The position numbers and the translations under genes were made by a program. Shown in pieces: positions 14,521-28,589 of a stretch of 64,000 bases of DNA. The stretch is from assembly GCF_006345805.1 (NCBI RefSeq), contig NC_043015.1:53630001-53694000 (forward strand). The letters run 5' to 3'. A model generated the notes under the pieces. That model saw only the letters and a list, made by a program, of their open reading frames with translations, had not been told where the DNA came from and ran no database searches. The stretch comes from Octopus sinensis (Eukaryota). Each line of letters starts with the position of its first letter. Position 1 is the first letter of the stretch.

Positions 14521-15656
14521 CGACATATATAAGCATATATATATAATATATATATATATATATAAACACAACTACCAATCTACTTACCTGTTCGGAAAAT
14601 CACTGTGCACTTTTCTTAATCGAATGTTGTACTTTAGTATTCAAAATTTCCACCCCAAAATGGTTTTAACAACCGACTAACTTATATTTCTCTTCGAACG
14701 CATTTTCCAAGGTGGTATGTACAAAGATATCACTTTCAACATAATTTATTATTTTTACTCATATTCTTTTCTTGTATTCTAAATTACAACATGTATATTA
14801 ATAAAGCTATAAATGGATAGTGACTTTCTGAAAAACCCTGTATATATATATGTGTGTGTGTGTATATATATTTGTGTGTGTGTGTTTGTCCGCCACCAAT
14901 GCTTGACAGTTGATTTTATGTTATTTATGTCCATGTATATTGGCGGTCTGGGGCTATAGTAGAAGACTGCCTTCTGGGATGGAACTCATAACCAAGTGTT
15001 TGCAAAGCAAATTTCTTAACCACAGAAACAAAACATCTTACTCCGCTCCATCCTTTCTCTCTATATATAGCAACGCACGTCTCATACTCAGTAACATACT
15101 CACGATATCTCTTCTTGCATTTACAACCTAACCATATTGCTAGCAGTATATAGAAACTTGGTAAATAATATGGCGCCCATAAAACTCGTCCAGATGTAAC
15201 TGCGACCTACATCATTTTCAGCGTGTAATTTTTTATGCAGATTCTCATATTCTTCCGTGTAAGATATACAATACCTCCAACATACAAGAAGCAGACCTCT
15301 TGTTTATATAGTTTCTCGATTGTTCTAAGTAAATTTGATAGCAAACAGCGGAATATATCTGACTTTTGTGATTTATCAAGTATCTCTTTGTTTAAATCAT
15401 CCAATGGCCGTAATTTAGTTATGTATACGAAGTGGCAATGAACAGGTCATATACAGGGTTTGTTACATTATCACAAGAAGCATTTGTTAATTCTCTTTGG
15501 CTGGCTCAAGCATCTACATATAAATACATGTAAGAGGAAGGTGGATAGGGATGATTTCAAGTGAATTATATACCAGATGCTTTAAAAGAAACAATGTATC
15601 CGGATGGCAGGAAAGAAAATGAGTGACTGCTCTCTCTATCCACCTCTCTCACACCC

Positions 15657-15659
<3 letters not shown>

Positions 15660-15690
<31 letters not shown>

Positions 15691-15977
15691 TGTTTAACGT
15701 CCGCTTTCCATTCTAGCATGAGTTGGACGATTTGACTGAGGACTGGCGAACTAGATGGCTGCACCAGACCCCAGTCTGATCTGGCAGAGTTTCTACAGCT
15801 GGATGCCCTTTCTAACGCCAACCACACCGAGAATGCAGTGGGTGTTTTTACGTGCCACCGGCACGTGGGATAGTCAGGCGGTACTGGCAACGGCCACGCT
15901 CGAATGGTGCTTTTTACGTGCCACCGGCTCGGAAGCGAGTCAGCTATTCTGGCAACGATCACGCTTGGATGGTGCTC
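15660..15977 (-). mobile_element. SINE family E, 3' part with RTE-type (GAT)n tail and internal ~65-bp duplication
   Basis: Minus strand: agggcatccagctgtagaaactctgcc..ggaaagcggacgttaaac(aatgat)n. ttttacgtgccaccggc..tggcaacg..cacgct..atggtgct is present twice. Confidence 0.75.
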
Positions 15978-16571
15978 TTATATATATATACATATATATA
16001 TGAATATATATATATATATATATATATGAATATACATATATATATATATGAATATATATTTATATGTGTCTGTGTGTGTGCATGAGTGTGTGTGTGTGAG
16101 TGTGTGTGCGTGTTTATGTATGTATGTATGTATGTATCTATGTATGTATTATATTGCTTTGTGCGAATCACTCTTGCTACAGCTCCGGCTGTAGGTGTAT
16201 AGGATCTTCAGGCAATTTGTGATGGAAAGTTCATGGAATTTGCACATCCAAATCCTGTTTGCTTTCCTCTCTCCTTAATATCATCTTCATCTTCAAACGA
16301 AACTGGAGAACGTTGTGAGGGCTTCGTCAAAAAGGAAGGAATCTGCTTTCATCTACTACAGTCTCATTCACCCAATATTTTTCTCGAAATGCACCAGACA
16401 GATAAAACTGCCTGTTGACACCGGCCAAAGGGAGATGATGGAACGATCTCAATAATGGACTCGCTTAAGAGACGGATCCATCCAATGTGAGATAGTAGCT
16501 GTTAGATATAACTCTACATATCAGCAATAATAAGGCGATAGACGATCGCAAGCAGAATGGCTTTATATTAA

Positions 16572-17821
16572 CGAGGGTCGGCTGAAACTTTATAGGCCGA
16601 CCAAATGTGGTTTATCTTTCAACAAATTTCCCCTTGTTGTCCACATATTTTTTCCATCCTTGTTGCAATGGTTGGATCCCATTGGTGAAGAATCTTTCAT
16701 CTTATAGCTCAAAAATGTCATTAACTCCAGATATGACATCATCATCACTGCGATAATTTGTTCGAAGGCAAGTGTTCTTTTCATGTTAGGGAACTGTTGA
16801 TAGTCAGATAGGTCAAAATCAGAATAGAGAGGGTGATGAACAAGTCCAAAACCACAGACAGAAGGCCCTGAAATCAAGGACTTGTGTACTGGGTCATTAT
16901 CCTGATAAAACAGGAGACCTTTACTCAGTTTTCCTGGGCGTTTGGTCTCGATAGCTTTTGGAAACTGCCTCACCCTGTTGCCATAATACATTCCATGGAT
17001 GGTGTGGCCATTTTGAAGATAGTCGTTAAACACATTGAGCACAATGCTTTCTACATTCCCCAAAACTGAGACAATCAGCCTCCCTGCAGATAAAACGAGC
17101 TTGGCTTTGTTTAGAACAGGTGAAGAGAGATGTCTCCACTGCTTAGATTGTCCCTTTGTTCTTGGTTCAAAGTGATGAAGCCAACAACATCCTGGGTTAG
17201 GAAACGTTTAAGTAAACCAGATGTATCTGCTTTAAACAACGTCAGATTTTCCCGTGATGTGATCAGTTGATGCGCTTTTTATTAGGTACCGAACAGAAAC
17301 CTACGTCATGCCAATCTCATTGTGCAGAATATTATCAACTGTCTCACGGGATATGGTAATAAATTCGGTTATCTAATTTATAGTCACTCTCCTATCATCT
17401 ATCATCATGTGATAAACATGATCAACGTTCCACTCGGTGGTGGTGTTTGCATGACGTCCAAACGTTGAGTCATCTTAAAGATGTTCTGTTCCCCTCCTAA
17501 ATTCATCCGCCCACTTTTGCACTGTTGATAAAACTGCCGTGTCATTCCATAATATAGTAACCATGCCAGCATTAATGTATTCGAGTTCTAAACCGTTTTC
17601 AGTAGATATTTTGTGGCATCACGATGCCAAATTTTCTTATTTTTCAAGAGAAACTGCTACTAGTTACATTTGAAGTCTTCTTTGAAGAGTTAGATGTCAG
17701 TTTACCACGAAAGAAACAATGCAGTTATTAATAAGAAGCATTGAAACTAAAGCGTACAAGACTTCACAGAACTAGCATCACTCCTTCATAATCAAATTAT
17801 GATCTTTTCAGCGCATTCTCG
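16572..17821 (-). mobile_element. Full-length (~1.25 kb) inactive mariner transposon
   Basis: Imperfect TIRs cgagggtcggctgaaa (16572) and ttttcagcgcattctcg|TA (17821). Decayed transposase: STVQKWADEFRRG..DDRRVTI..HFEPRTKGQSKQWRH..DYLQNGHTI..KRPGKLSKGLLFYQDN..HPLYS..SDYQQFPNMK. Confidence 0.9.
16590..17620 (-). pseudogene. Mariner transposase pseudogene (frameshifted, stops)
   Basis: ORF 16590-17063 carries catalytic-domain motifs (KRPGKL, DN, HP.YS.D); upstream motifs lie in other frames. Confidence 0.85.
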
Positions 17822-18124
17822 TAGTTTCTCATTTAAACAGAAGGACAGGAATATTTAGGTGAGGGATATTATTCGATACCATCGTCCCAGTTTTTGAGTG
17901 ATTCTTTATTTTAACGATCCCGATTTGATGGACGGCAAAGATGAGTCTCAGAAGGATTTTAACTAAGAATGAAAGCACCTTGGGAAAATTACTCCAGACA
18001 GGCTTTTTTTCGGCGCCGAAACGATTCTGCGATCCCCACCTTCAATCAGTAGATAATAATTACATCACTAATTACACTCTATGCAAGTCTTCGATGTAAG
18101 GCAATTAGCCATAATTCAGTAAGA

Positions 18125-18340
18125 TTGCTTTCAAATTTGGGCACGAGGCTATTAATTTTGGAGGAGGGGGCTAGTCGATTACATCGATCCCAATGTTCGA
18201 ATGATATTTATTTTATCGACCCCGAAAAGATAAAAGGCAAGAAAAGACCTCAGCAGAATTTGCACTCAGAAAGTAAAGACGGGCGAAATGCCGCAAACAC
18301 TTTTTCTGGTGTGCTAACGATTCTACCAGCTCACCACCTT
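18125..18340 (-). mobile_element. SINE family B (B2-type tail)
   Basis: gggcacgaggc..gtcgattacatcgatccc..ttatcgaccccgaaa..gctaacgattctaccagctcacc. Confidence 0.8.
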
Positions 18341-19379
18341 AAAGACAAACACAACGTCAGTGACATTTGAACTTAGAACATTAGGAGCCAGAAGAAATGC
18401 CCTTGAACATTTTCTCCGCTGAAGTAATGGTGTGGATAACTAACCGCCTAACTAAATTCACTAAGTTTAACGAGTCTTAATAATTTCTTAAAATACCTCT
18501 CTTAAGGTTATAATTAATTTTAAAACATTTAATAAAATAGCTAAAAACCTTTTAAGTTTGGCTATGAATTTTCATTTACTTATCAAACATTCTTTACTCT
18601 AGAAATAAGCTAAAATCATTTAATCACCGCCGCCATTTCGAAATCAGAAAAAAATGTAAGTAAATTAAACGACGAAGTTGTTTGCTTTAGACTGACAAGA
18701 TTACTAGATAGATCTGCAAGGATGCGAAGCATATTGCCATATCTGGCAAACTATATTTCGCCTGTGGATTAGAATTAATTGGCTTGTTGCCGCATAAAAT
18801 TGAATAAACCTGTCAATATAGTTGAATATAATCTCTTAATATCACACACTTGAACGAAGATTTGTAATATCATTTGAATGTATATCTATGTGTAATATGA
18901 TTTAATTGGATGTCTGTGAAAATTATTTCACTGAACACCTGTGTCTGTAATGTCATTTATCGGAACGTCTAAGTGTATTATGATTTTAACGAAGAACTGT
19001 AAGTTATCTTTGTGAATTCCCTTTAAGAAATATATTTGTAAGAAATATATTTCTTTACGAAGGCGATACAAATTTACTTTATGATAACGTTGAATTGAGT
19101 TCTCGTAACCTAGTTTAAATGCTGAAAAGAAACGAGGTGAGGCAGATGTAGAATCACTCACTACACCTGAATGAGTATGATCGCGGGTCTGTTTTACGAT
19201 GTTATAACTATAGATGTGTGCCTCCTCAGTGGATTTGGTTCTCTGCAAAATGGATATTTTTTCATAAAATTTTCCGCAGACACATTTTGTATGGTATAAA
19301 GAAGGATTATGTCGGAATATATTGTGAAAAAGATTTTCGGAGAAATGGACTGGAATTTCGAATAATTAACACACACCGA

Positions 19380-19700
19380 TTGTTTTCCTCATAACTTGCT
19401 GAAAAATACGTGTTTTAACAAAATTTCTACAAAATCAATTCAGATGGTGCAGATTACGATTATTTCGGAATTTTATGTGCAAAACGAAATGCATATAAGA
19501 TGGGGGTCAGATAATTCACCCAGCTAAATTTGTTTCCTCATAAATCTTTGAAAACCTAATATTTTCGGATAAAATGTTCTACAAATGCATTTTAGTTGAT
19601 ATAAATAGCAATTATGTTATAATCTGGAGTGAAAAACCATTTGGGATCGGGGTCGGTCTGAGAATAATAAACCACAGTTTTATTTCCTCATATGTTTTGA
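19380..19700. repeat. Cryptic diverged ~150-bp tandem repeat
   Basis: ttcctcata at 19385, 19534 and 19684; ttctacaaa at 19425 and 19577; ggggtc at about 19503 and 19649. Confidence 0.55.
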
Positions 19701-20284
19701 GGAGACGTATGGAGTATCCACTCAACTCCATTTTTTCCCGCACTAAATTCTGAAATATTCGGAAATGTATTTTTTAATACATTCAATAAAAAAATATCTA
19801 TCTTCCAAAAAGATATGAAGAAACAAAAGCGGCATGGGATCGGGTAGTTCTGTAGTTTGTACTTTACAAGTTAGACAAACCTAAAAGATCATTTAATTAA
19901 CATTGCTATTCACATTGACAGAGGACATCCCATCCACGTCCAAGAGGCATATAAGAAACCTATGATATTCAATTATTATACAATTACTCATCATATAAAA
20001 GGGTCGGGTTTATATAAACATTTTCGGAAAGTGTCAAATGAGGTTGGCTCATAATTATAGGATATATTTTATTTATGAGAGTTGTAATATATTTGTAATA
20101 AATATGCACGTTCCTGTGGTAGGCATCTGCGTCTAAAATGTGTCCCGTCGTAATGAAGCAATTTAGCAAAAGGGCTGCAAACTGTGTCTGTAAAACACGG
20201 CTACGATTGGAAGTTTTCGAATTTGCTTTGCTGTAGAAATAAATTGGTGTTGTTTTTATTGTTGGGCGTTTTGTTAGTGTAAGG

Positions 20285-20472
20285 ATGATTACACGGAAGA
20301 TGATGATAGTGATGATGATGATGCGGATCAGGATCAGGATCATGAAGATCGTCATCCTCATCATCATCAGCGGCGGTGGTGCTGGAGATGGTGATGATAA
20401 AGATCATGATGGCAGAGATAGTGATGGTGTGGTGGTGGTGGGGAGGATGATAATAATGATGATGATGATGAA

Positions 20473-20507
<35 letters not shown>

Positions 20508-20585
20508 CGACGATGATATTTATGTATCGATATTCATGTATGTCGATCGATAGATAGATATATAGACAGATGGTAGATAGATAGT

Positions 20586-20652
<67 letters not shown>

Positions 20653-20687
20653 CTAGATAGATAGATAGATAGACATACAGACAGATC

Positions 20688-20758
<71 letters not shown>

Positions 20759-20930
20759 GGATAGATAGATAGATTGATAGATAGATAGATAGATTGATAG
20801 ATAGATAGACAGACAGATACATAGACAGACAGATAGATTGGTACATAGATAGATAGATCGATAGATTGATAAAGAGATGGACAGACAGAGACAGAGAGAT
20901 AGATAGGTAAATAGATAGATAGATAAACAG
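20285..20930. repeat. (GAT)n followed by (GATA)n tracts
   Basis: Direct reading. Confidence 0.95.
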
Positions 20931-21029
20931 ATAATCAGAGAGACAGACAGCCACTTATATATGTATATATTTGTGTGTTTGTGTAGTGCTGGTAATACAT
21001 GCATTATATATTTTCTTTTGTTTTCTCTT

Positions 21030-21286
21030 TCTTTTATTTGCTTCAGTCGTAGGGAGGGTTTTTGTCGTAAAATCGATCACAGTAATTATTTCTAAGCCTG
21101 GCACTTATTCCATCGGTCTCTCTTTGCCGATCCGATAAGTTTACGAGTTACAGTCAGGCGGTAGTGTTGGACAAGCACAAAAACACGCTTGCACACACTC
21201 ACAGAAGCAAGCACACACACACACACACATAGACATACGTACACACATACACACACACGCACAAACAAACACATATGTATGTATGT

Positions 21287-21350
<64 letters not shown>

Positions 21351-21530
21351 CGTACATATATACATATATATATATACCGGGTTCCTTTCAGCTTCCCTCT
21401 ACCAGATACACTTACCAGACTTCGGTTGCTGACCCTAGGCTAGAGTAGAGAATACTGGATCAAGCTAAAATGCGATGAGACTGAAACCGGAATCTTGTTG
21501 TTGACAAGCAAACGTCTCGCCACGTAACTA
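21030..21530 (-). mobile_element. SINE family A, old degenerate copy with expanded internal microsatellite
   Basis: ttgcttcagtc..taagcctggcacttattccatcggtctc..(CA/TA)n..tttcagcttccctctaccag..aggctagagtagag..gactgaaaccggaa. Confidence 0.6.
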
Positions 21531-23196
21531 TCCCCGAAATAGTGAAATTTCATATTAATGCACCGTATCCGGTCTTGTTGCGCACACGATTACTTGGTCA
21601 TTCGCATTATTGTCTTGCATTAAAAGTGGGCCGCGTCGGGAGAAATACTGGTGACCACTATAATTGGATGTGAGTTAAACTTGAAGAGATTTCTACGAAA
21701 AAGAAAAAAGCGAAAATACCATATTTGATGGAGTCGCAGTTCGTTTTGCTCCTCCTATGAAAATATAGGATGTGTACAAGGTGTGGAACGCTTTTATTGG
21801 CTCAGACCTCTAGGCTGTTGATAGGTGCAATCAATAATAACCAAATTCATTGCTGTAAAGTGTTTCTGCAATACTAAATGAACCAACTCTCAATTGGTTT
21901 TGCGGTATTTGATTGAATGTGAAAGGGGAAAGAAATCATTTATTTATTATACAGAAAAAAGATTGCTTTACATCTTATTGAAGTAACATATGAGAAGGGA
22001 AATTTTTTATCGAAACGCTTCTATGAATGCTTTCGTTTTTTTCAAACGTGTCCAATTGAACTTCGAATGGGTGATTACTTTTTTGCTGCGATTCTCTCTA
22101 TATCTCTCCATCTTTTATACTTGAGTTAATTATTCTCTCACTTCATTCACATGTGTTTGTGTGTATGCCTGTGTATGTGTGTATACGTATATATATATAT
22201 AAAAAATATATATATATATACCCACACATAGACACATACACACACACATATATACATACCTTAATGGTATGTGGTGTTCCCTAGATATGTTTTACCTCTG
22301 TGTGGTTTAGCTTTTTATACCTTTTATTCTTTTTCATTCGTTTTGTGTTGTCCCTTTTCTTTATTTCTTTCAAGTTAATCTTTCGTTCTTAATCCTTTAT
22401 TGCTTAATCTGCTATCAATGACTACTAGTTGAAAGCAGAAAAAGGGAGAAGAAGGGACGACGATAAGTTATACGCTTAATCCTACCCCACCCCGCCAATT
22501 CACTGCTCCCTTTTTTTTTTTTGGTTCATTATTTCCCGGTTTTCTATAGCACCATTCGGCCGACACTCGTATGGCAATTTATCGTTATTTCTACAATGAC
22601 ACGAGGGATGAACTATAGCAAAGATGGTGACCGCATGCGCGTAGACACACGAACACACGTACGCAAACACTAATAATCCAGATAAAAGTACAATGAAAGA
22701 AAACAAGAGAATAGTAGTTAGATATGGAGCGAGTGAGATATGGCGAGAGAGAAAGACACACAGAGAGAGACGGAGAGACTGCAAGAAAGCGTATGTGATC
22801 TCAAAGACTGTTCATTATCTGATAAAAATCGCTTTGAAGATTTCTTGCGAGATCTGCTCTTGATAGAGGAATTAATCTGTATTGTCAAAACCCTGCTAAA
22901 ATCGCAGCAAGATTGCAATGAACGAAAGTCTATATTAATCTAACCATTCAGAAACGGAACGTCTCTAAGCTTATCTACTCCTTCTTTTTCTTCTTCTACT
23001 TTCTCTACCATACTTCTTACAATTCTTTCTTTAAATTTCTTTCTTTCCTTCCTTTTTTTTTTTGTCATTTCTAGATGACCATTTTGACAAAGTCTTTTTA
23101 TTGCCTGCTCAGCAATATTATCAAATACTGAAGCTTTTTCGTCCAGCTCTCTTGTTTATATTTATTTATTTTTATGTACGTGTTTTCCTTCAATAA

Positions 23197-23264
<68 letters not shown>

Positions 23265-23664
23265 CAGTATTATTATTATTATTTTTATTATTATTATTCA
23301 CGGTTCCATTCTTTCTTCATCAAGGATAGCTGACAATGGCTGTGCGAGAGTATTAAAGGTTATTTATATAAAATAGCCAGTTTTTCAATTGAATTTATCA
23401 GTAATGAGTTACTGGGCAGGATTATAAAACTAAATAGACAAAGAACCGTCAAAGTAAGAGATATGTATGAACAGAAACCAAAATAAATAATGGAACAGAA
23501 AGCTAAAACTAAAATAACAATATGGGAAAAGCAAGAATATATTAGTAAAAAAAAAAAGAATATTTCAAGAGGGGACAATAACAGGTTAAGGGGAATACAG
23601 ACGTATGGAGACGATGCGGAGGACTAAGAAGGAAACTTAGCGAGGGAGACAACATAAAGATAGT

Positions 23665-23681
23665 CATATATATATATATAT

Positions 23682-23721
<40 letters not shown>

Positions 23722-23734
23722 GTGTGTATATATA

Positions 23735-23793
<59 letters not shown>

Positions 23794-23883
23794 TTATATA
23801 TATATATATGCACATATATATACTTGTACATACATGTATATATATGTACTTATATATTATTTATATACATATATATATATATG

Positions 23884-23914
<31 letters not shown>

Positions 23915-24010
23915 GTATGTATGTATATATATATTATATATATATTATATATATATAATATATATATATACGTATATATAGTGTGTAAATATCTATCTCT
24001 ATATACATAT
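23665..24010. repeat. (TA)n-rich tract
   Basis: Direct reading. Confidence 0.9.
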
Positions 24011-24539
24011 ACATGTGTGTGGGTATGTGTAAATTCAAATATGAAATACAAGCAGCTCTAGAGTATTGAACATTATCAATCACACACAATTAGCACACAA
24101 AACATGCTTATATACCCCTAGACTGCAATTTTATGCGGTTAAGATTACTGTCTCAAAGCAACGGGTGTTAAAACACCGGAACGTCATACACAGGTGAGTC
24201 ACCTCACCAGAGATTTCAGTTTGTGGAGTGATGTATATTGATTTTTCTATAGTCTGGTGGCTTATAATGACCATGTACACGAACTAAGTCCGAGGCCGAT
24301 CGAACCGCCACTCCTGACCCATAACTTTCTGGTTTTTACACGCGGCGCTATGCAACTTAAAGTTTCGGCCCGTGTCTCTTATAGTTTTGTAAACGCGATA
24401 CAGGAACCTAATTCGTTAGAATATGATGGCTCAATGAGCCGGACGAACCTACGGAAATTTAAGTTTTATGGGGTCAAAATCATTTGATAACAACAATAAC
24501 AACAATAACAACAACAACAACAACAATAATATTAATAAT

Positions 24540-24716
24540 AATTTTGGCACCAGATCAGCGATTTCGAGAGAGGTGGTAAGTCGATTACATCGACCCCATT
24601 ATCGAAAAGATGAAAAGCAAAGTGGAGGTCGGCGGAATTTGAACTCAGAACGTAAAAACGTACGAAATACCGGTAGGCATTTTGCCTGGCATGTTATCGA
24701 TTCTGCCAGCTCGCCA
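24540..24716 (-). mobile_element. SINE family B
   Basis: aagtcgattacatcgacccc..ggcggaatttgaactcagaacgt..gattctgccagctcgcc. Confidence 0.8.
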
Positions 24717-24892
24717 CGTATGTATGTATGTATGTATGTATTATGTATGTATGTATGTATGTATGTATGTATGTATGTATGTATGTATGTATGTATGCAT
24801 CTATCTATCTATCTATCCCCTGCTTTCTCTCTTTCTCTATATATGTATGTATATATATATATACATACATACATACATACTACATACATACA

Positions 24893-24923
<31 letters not shown>

Positions 24924-24924
24924 T

Positions 24925-26006
24925 TTGATAGGTTTCAGCCAGTATTGGCCCAGGCCATATCTAACTTAATAGCCCGACCTGGCGAAGTCATTCAAGTCTG
25001 AATTCGGACAACATGGCCCACTCGAGTGGAGAATTATTGCTTACGGAGCCATATCCGGGTGTAGGAGGTTTATCCGGGATTTTTTGAAGGATTTTGTCCA
25101 AAGACGTCTCGAACTTTATGGGGTATGTTTCTGCTTGAACGTGTTTTGGTGTAATGTTAAAGAGAGCCGGGCTAATTGAGGTGAAATAGTTGAGCTGTAT
25201 TGTTGTTATAAGATGCGAGTGGATTTATGCTGTGGACGGATAGCACAGGTCTACATTAAAGGTGATGCCAAAGTCATTTGGCCAATGCTGATGGAATATC
25301 TTCCACAACGTGCAGATGACGTAGCTCTCATGGTGACGTTGAAGAGAATTGAGCTTGACCTTTTCGAGTTGACCCCAATCGCCAAGGCCCGTCATGCCAT
25401 CTATCTTTTTTTCTAATTGATCTTTAGGGTACTTCAAATTCACGATACATTCTTTCGTGTGGGGAGACCACAGTAGATAACAGTATTGAAGTTGGAGTCG
25501 AGCAAACGCAGAGATTAGAAGGATAATGGTGTGGATATCTCACGACTAGAATGTTCTGAGAATCCAGGAGAACATTCAGTGAGTCATGTCAACTTTACTA
25601 TTCATATAAGCGGCCCAAGTTATGTTGTTTTTCACTATTACTTCCAAGTCTCTGATGTTGGATACCATGAGAGTTTCACCTGAAAGAAGGGAGGTTGTGA
25701 GTTTCAGGGTATCCTCTTTTCCGAAGTGGATTAACTCACATTTTTCCTCGTTCAGCAGTATATTATTCTTTTCCGCCCATAGGATAACAGCCAACAGGAC
25801 AGACTGAAAGCTTTCCGGTCACCCACTTTATTGATGACCTTCTGGGGCTTGGAATCATCTGCAGAAATTCTTATGTTCTTGTGCTTGATGATATCAGAGA
25901 TGTCATCAATATAGATGATGAAAAGAAGTGGGCTCAGCTCAGTACCTTGTGGAACACCACTACCGACTTTGGCTGAGCTTGATTTTACTCCTTCGACTAC
26001 AACGTG
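24925..26006 (-). mobile_element. CR1/L2-group LINE, decayed 3' ~1.1 kb (RT C-terminus and 3' UTR) followed by a (TGTA)n tail
   Basis: HVVVEGVKSSSAKVGSGVPQGTELSPLLFIIYIDDISDII..ISADDSK..WAEKNNILLNEEKCELIHFG..IRDLEVIV..YCYLLWSPH..LNSLQRHHE..KFETSLDKILQKIPDKP. Confidence 0.85.
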
Positions 26007-26559
26007 TTTCTGAAATGGGCAAATTTAACTGTTTCCGTAGACTACAGGAATGACAAGCAGACTCAGACGTTTATTGAACCTTGTTAGATTCTCATCAGAA
26101 GTGTCTATGTCTTTATACCTGTCTCAGGGCCACAAGTAGCCAATGTTTCTATACACAGCGCATCCGGTAATTTAAGAGAAATGGAGCGACTAATTTGTTT
26201 AATATGATTAATTAAAACTTTAACATCAGCTTTCTGCCCACGAGGATATCTGTTCACACAGTATTAAGGTATATGTATGCATGTATCTATCTCTGTATAT
26301 ATATGTATGTAAGTATACAGGTATCAATATGTGTGTGTATGGGGTGGTTGAGTGCGTGTGTGTTTGTACTTTGATATCCGATATTTTTGATGTCAACATT
26401 TCTCCGTAAATTTCCTGCAGAATGTGTCCTGACCCCAAAATATTGAACTACCAGGTAACAGAAATTACCATCTTATTATTGTTCTGCGGTATTAGATTTT
26501 ATAACTTGTATATTTTGAGCTATAAAACACTGTTTAAAGCATCTGTGTGAGTGAAAGAG

Positions 26560-26697
26560 GACGTGTGTGTGTGTATGAGTGCGTAATGCATATATATGTA
26601 TATATATGTATATATATATATATATTATATATATATATATTATATATATATATTATATATAATATATATATTATATATATATAATACATATACATAT

Positions 26698-26742
<45 letters not shown>

Positions 26743-26925
26743 GATTATATGTACATGTATGTATGCATATAAATATATGAACACAGACATATTTGTACAC
26801 ACGCACGCACACATACACATTCACACAGTCACACACACACGCACAAACATTTACAGAATCATGCGAAAGCATGTTCATATATAAATGCATATTCTGTACG
26901 TTATAGATAGATTTATATGTATGTG

Positions 26926-26998
<73 letters not shown>

Positions 26999-27024
26999 AT
27001 ATATATAATATATATATGTATGTA

Positions 27025-27104
<80 letters not shown>

Positions 27105-27153
27105 ACATACTATATATATATAATATATATATATATATATTATATATATATAT

Positions 27154-27197
<44 letters not shown>

Positions 27198-27230
27198 GTA
27201 TGCATATATATATATATATTATATATATGC
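26560..27230. repeat. (TA)n/(CA)n-rich tract
   Basis: Direct reading. Confidence 0.9.
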
Positions 27231-27633
27231 ACACAACTGTCTGCAATATATTCTTTCATCTCTTTTATTTCTCGCAGACATGAACTATTTTTCTCCGAAG
27301 TACTTTAAGATTTAATCAGCGAATGTTAAAGTCTAAAAAATATAATTTTCTCCCAAATAAGAAATAAAATAATACGCAATGAAAATAAATATGAAATAAA
27401 AATAATCAACAAATGAGAGACTACGCGAAATCAATGATGTAATAAAATAGTTTAATGGTACTTTTGTTTCTTGTGAGAATCTAATGCCAAACCGATCAAC
27501 GCGTTTGAAGAAAAATGGTAAAGCAATGAAGCGTAGAATTAAACGTTAATAAAAGTATTGGAAATAATAAACTGATCCTGATATTGATAATAATGCTAAC
27601 GTTAACGCAAACGACGACTGTAGCAGAGGGTGA

Positions 27634-27984
<351 letters not shown>

Positions 27985-28543
27985 AAATGCCCTGATGCAG
28001 TACCAGGCAGTGGCTCTCATGGCTTCTGATCTTAACTGATTGGAAGTGTTATCATGTACATTGTTTTGTCTTGGTATAAAAGATGGGCTACAGCAAATAT
28101 TCTGCTCAATACCACAGATTTGCTTGTCAGTTGTTTGACCTTAACCAGTTGAGCATGTCCCTTAGTGGCTGACGATATGTGCATCTCTGATCACGAGCAG
28201 AAGTAGTGGGGGAGCATCATAGCCATGTGTTGAGAGGGATTCTTTGGGGTTTGAATAATTCACCTCTGGAAACATGGGTGGTTCTTTCAACATCCTTAAA
28301 CAACCCTTATTCAGGGACCTTTTGAGCGGGATGGGCTACTCAACCGGAAGAAAATTCTAACTGGGCCCCACCTGCAAGGTCATGTGCTGTTTATCTTGAT
28401 ATGAGATCACCATGTCGCGCACATATGGTTGTGATGCATGTGCCTGGTGTACCTTTATCAGAGGGGTAGTCATGATGGGTATATTGAGCTTCGTATATTT
28501 TACCCCAGTGTCACTTTGATGGCATGCACTGCTCTCTCACTCA
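27985..28543. mobile_element. ~560-bp (TAA)n-embedded element, copy 2
   Basis: Near-identical to copies 1 and 3. Confidence 0.9.
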
Positions 28544-28589
28544 ATAATAATAATAATAATAATAATAACGATGATGATGATCATGATAA

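Noticed and set aside
14581-14591. tacttacctg, matching the U1 snRNA 5' end
   Set aside because: No further U1 similarity.
22545-22560. tagcaccattcg, matching the 5' end of miR-29/285
   Set aside because: Only 12 nt match and no complementary arm for a precursor hairpin.
22740-22943. 67-aa ORF in unique sequence
   Set aside because: Begins in a GA repeat and shows no recognisable homology; within the range of chance ORFs.
26050-26100. Minus-strand CTGATGA-gaatc..ggttc-aataaacgtc
   Set aside because: The GAAA box is absent and stem I is out of register.
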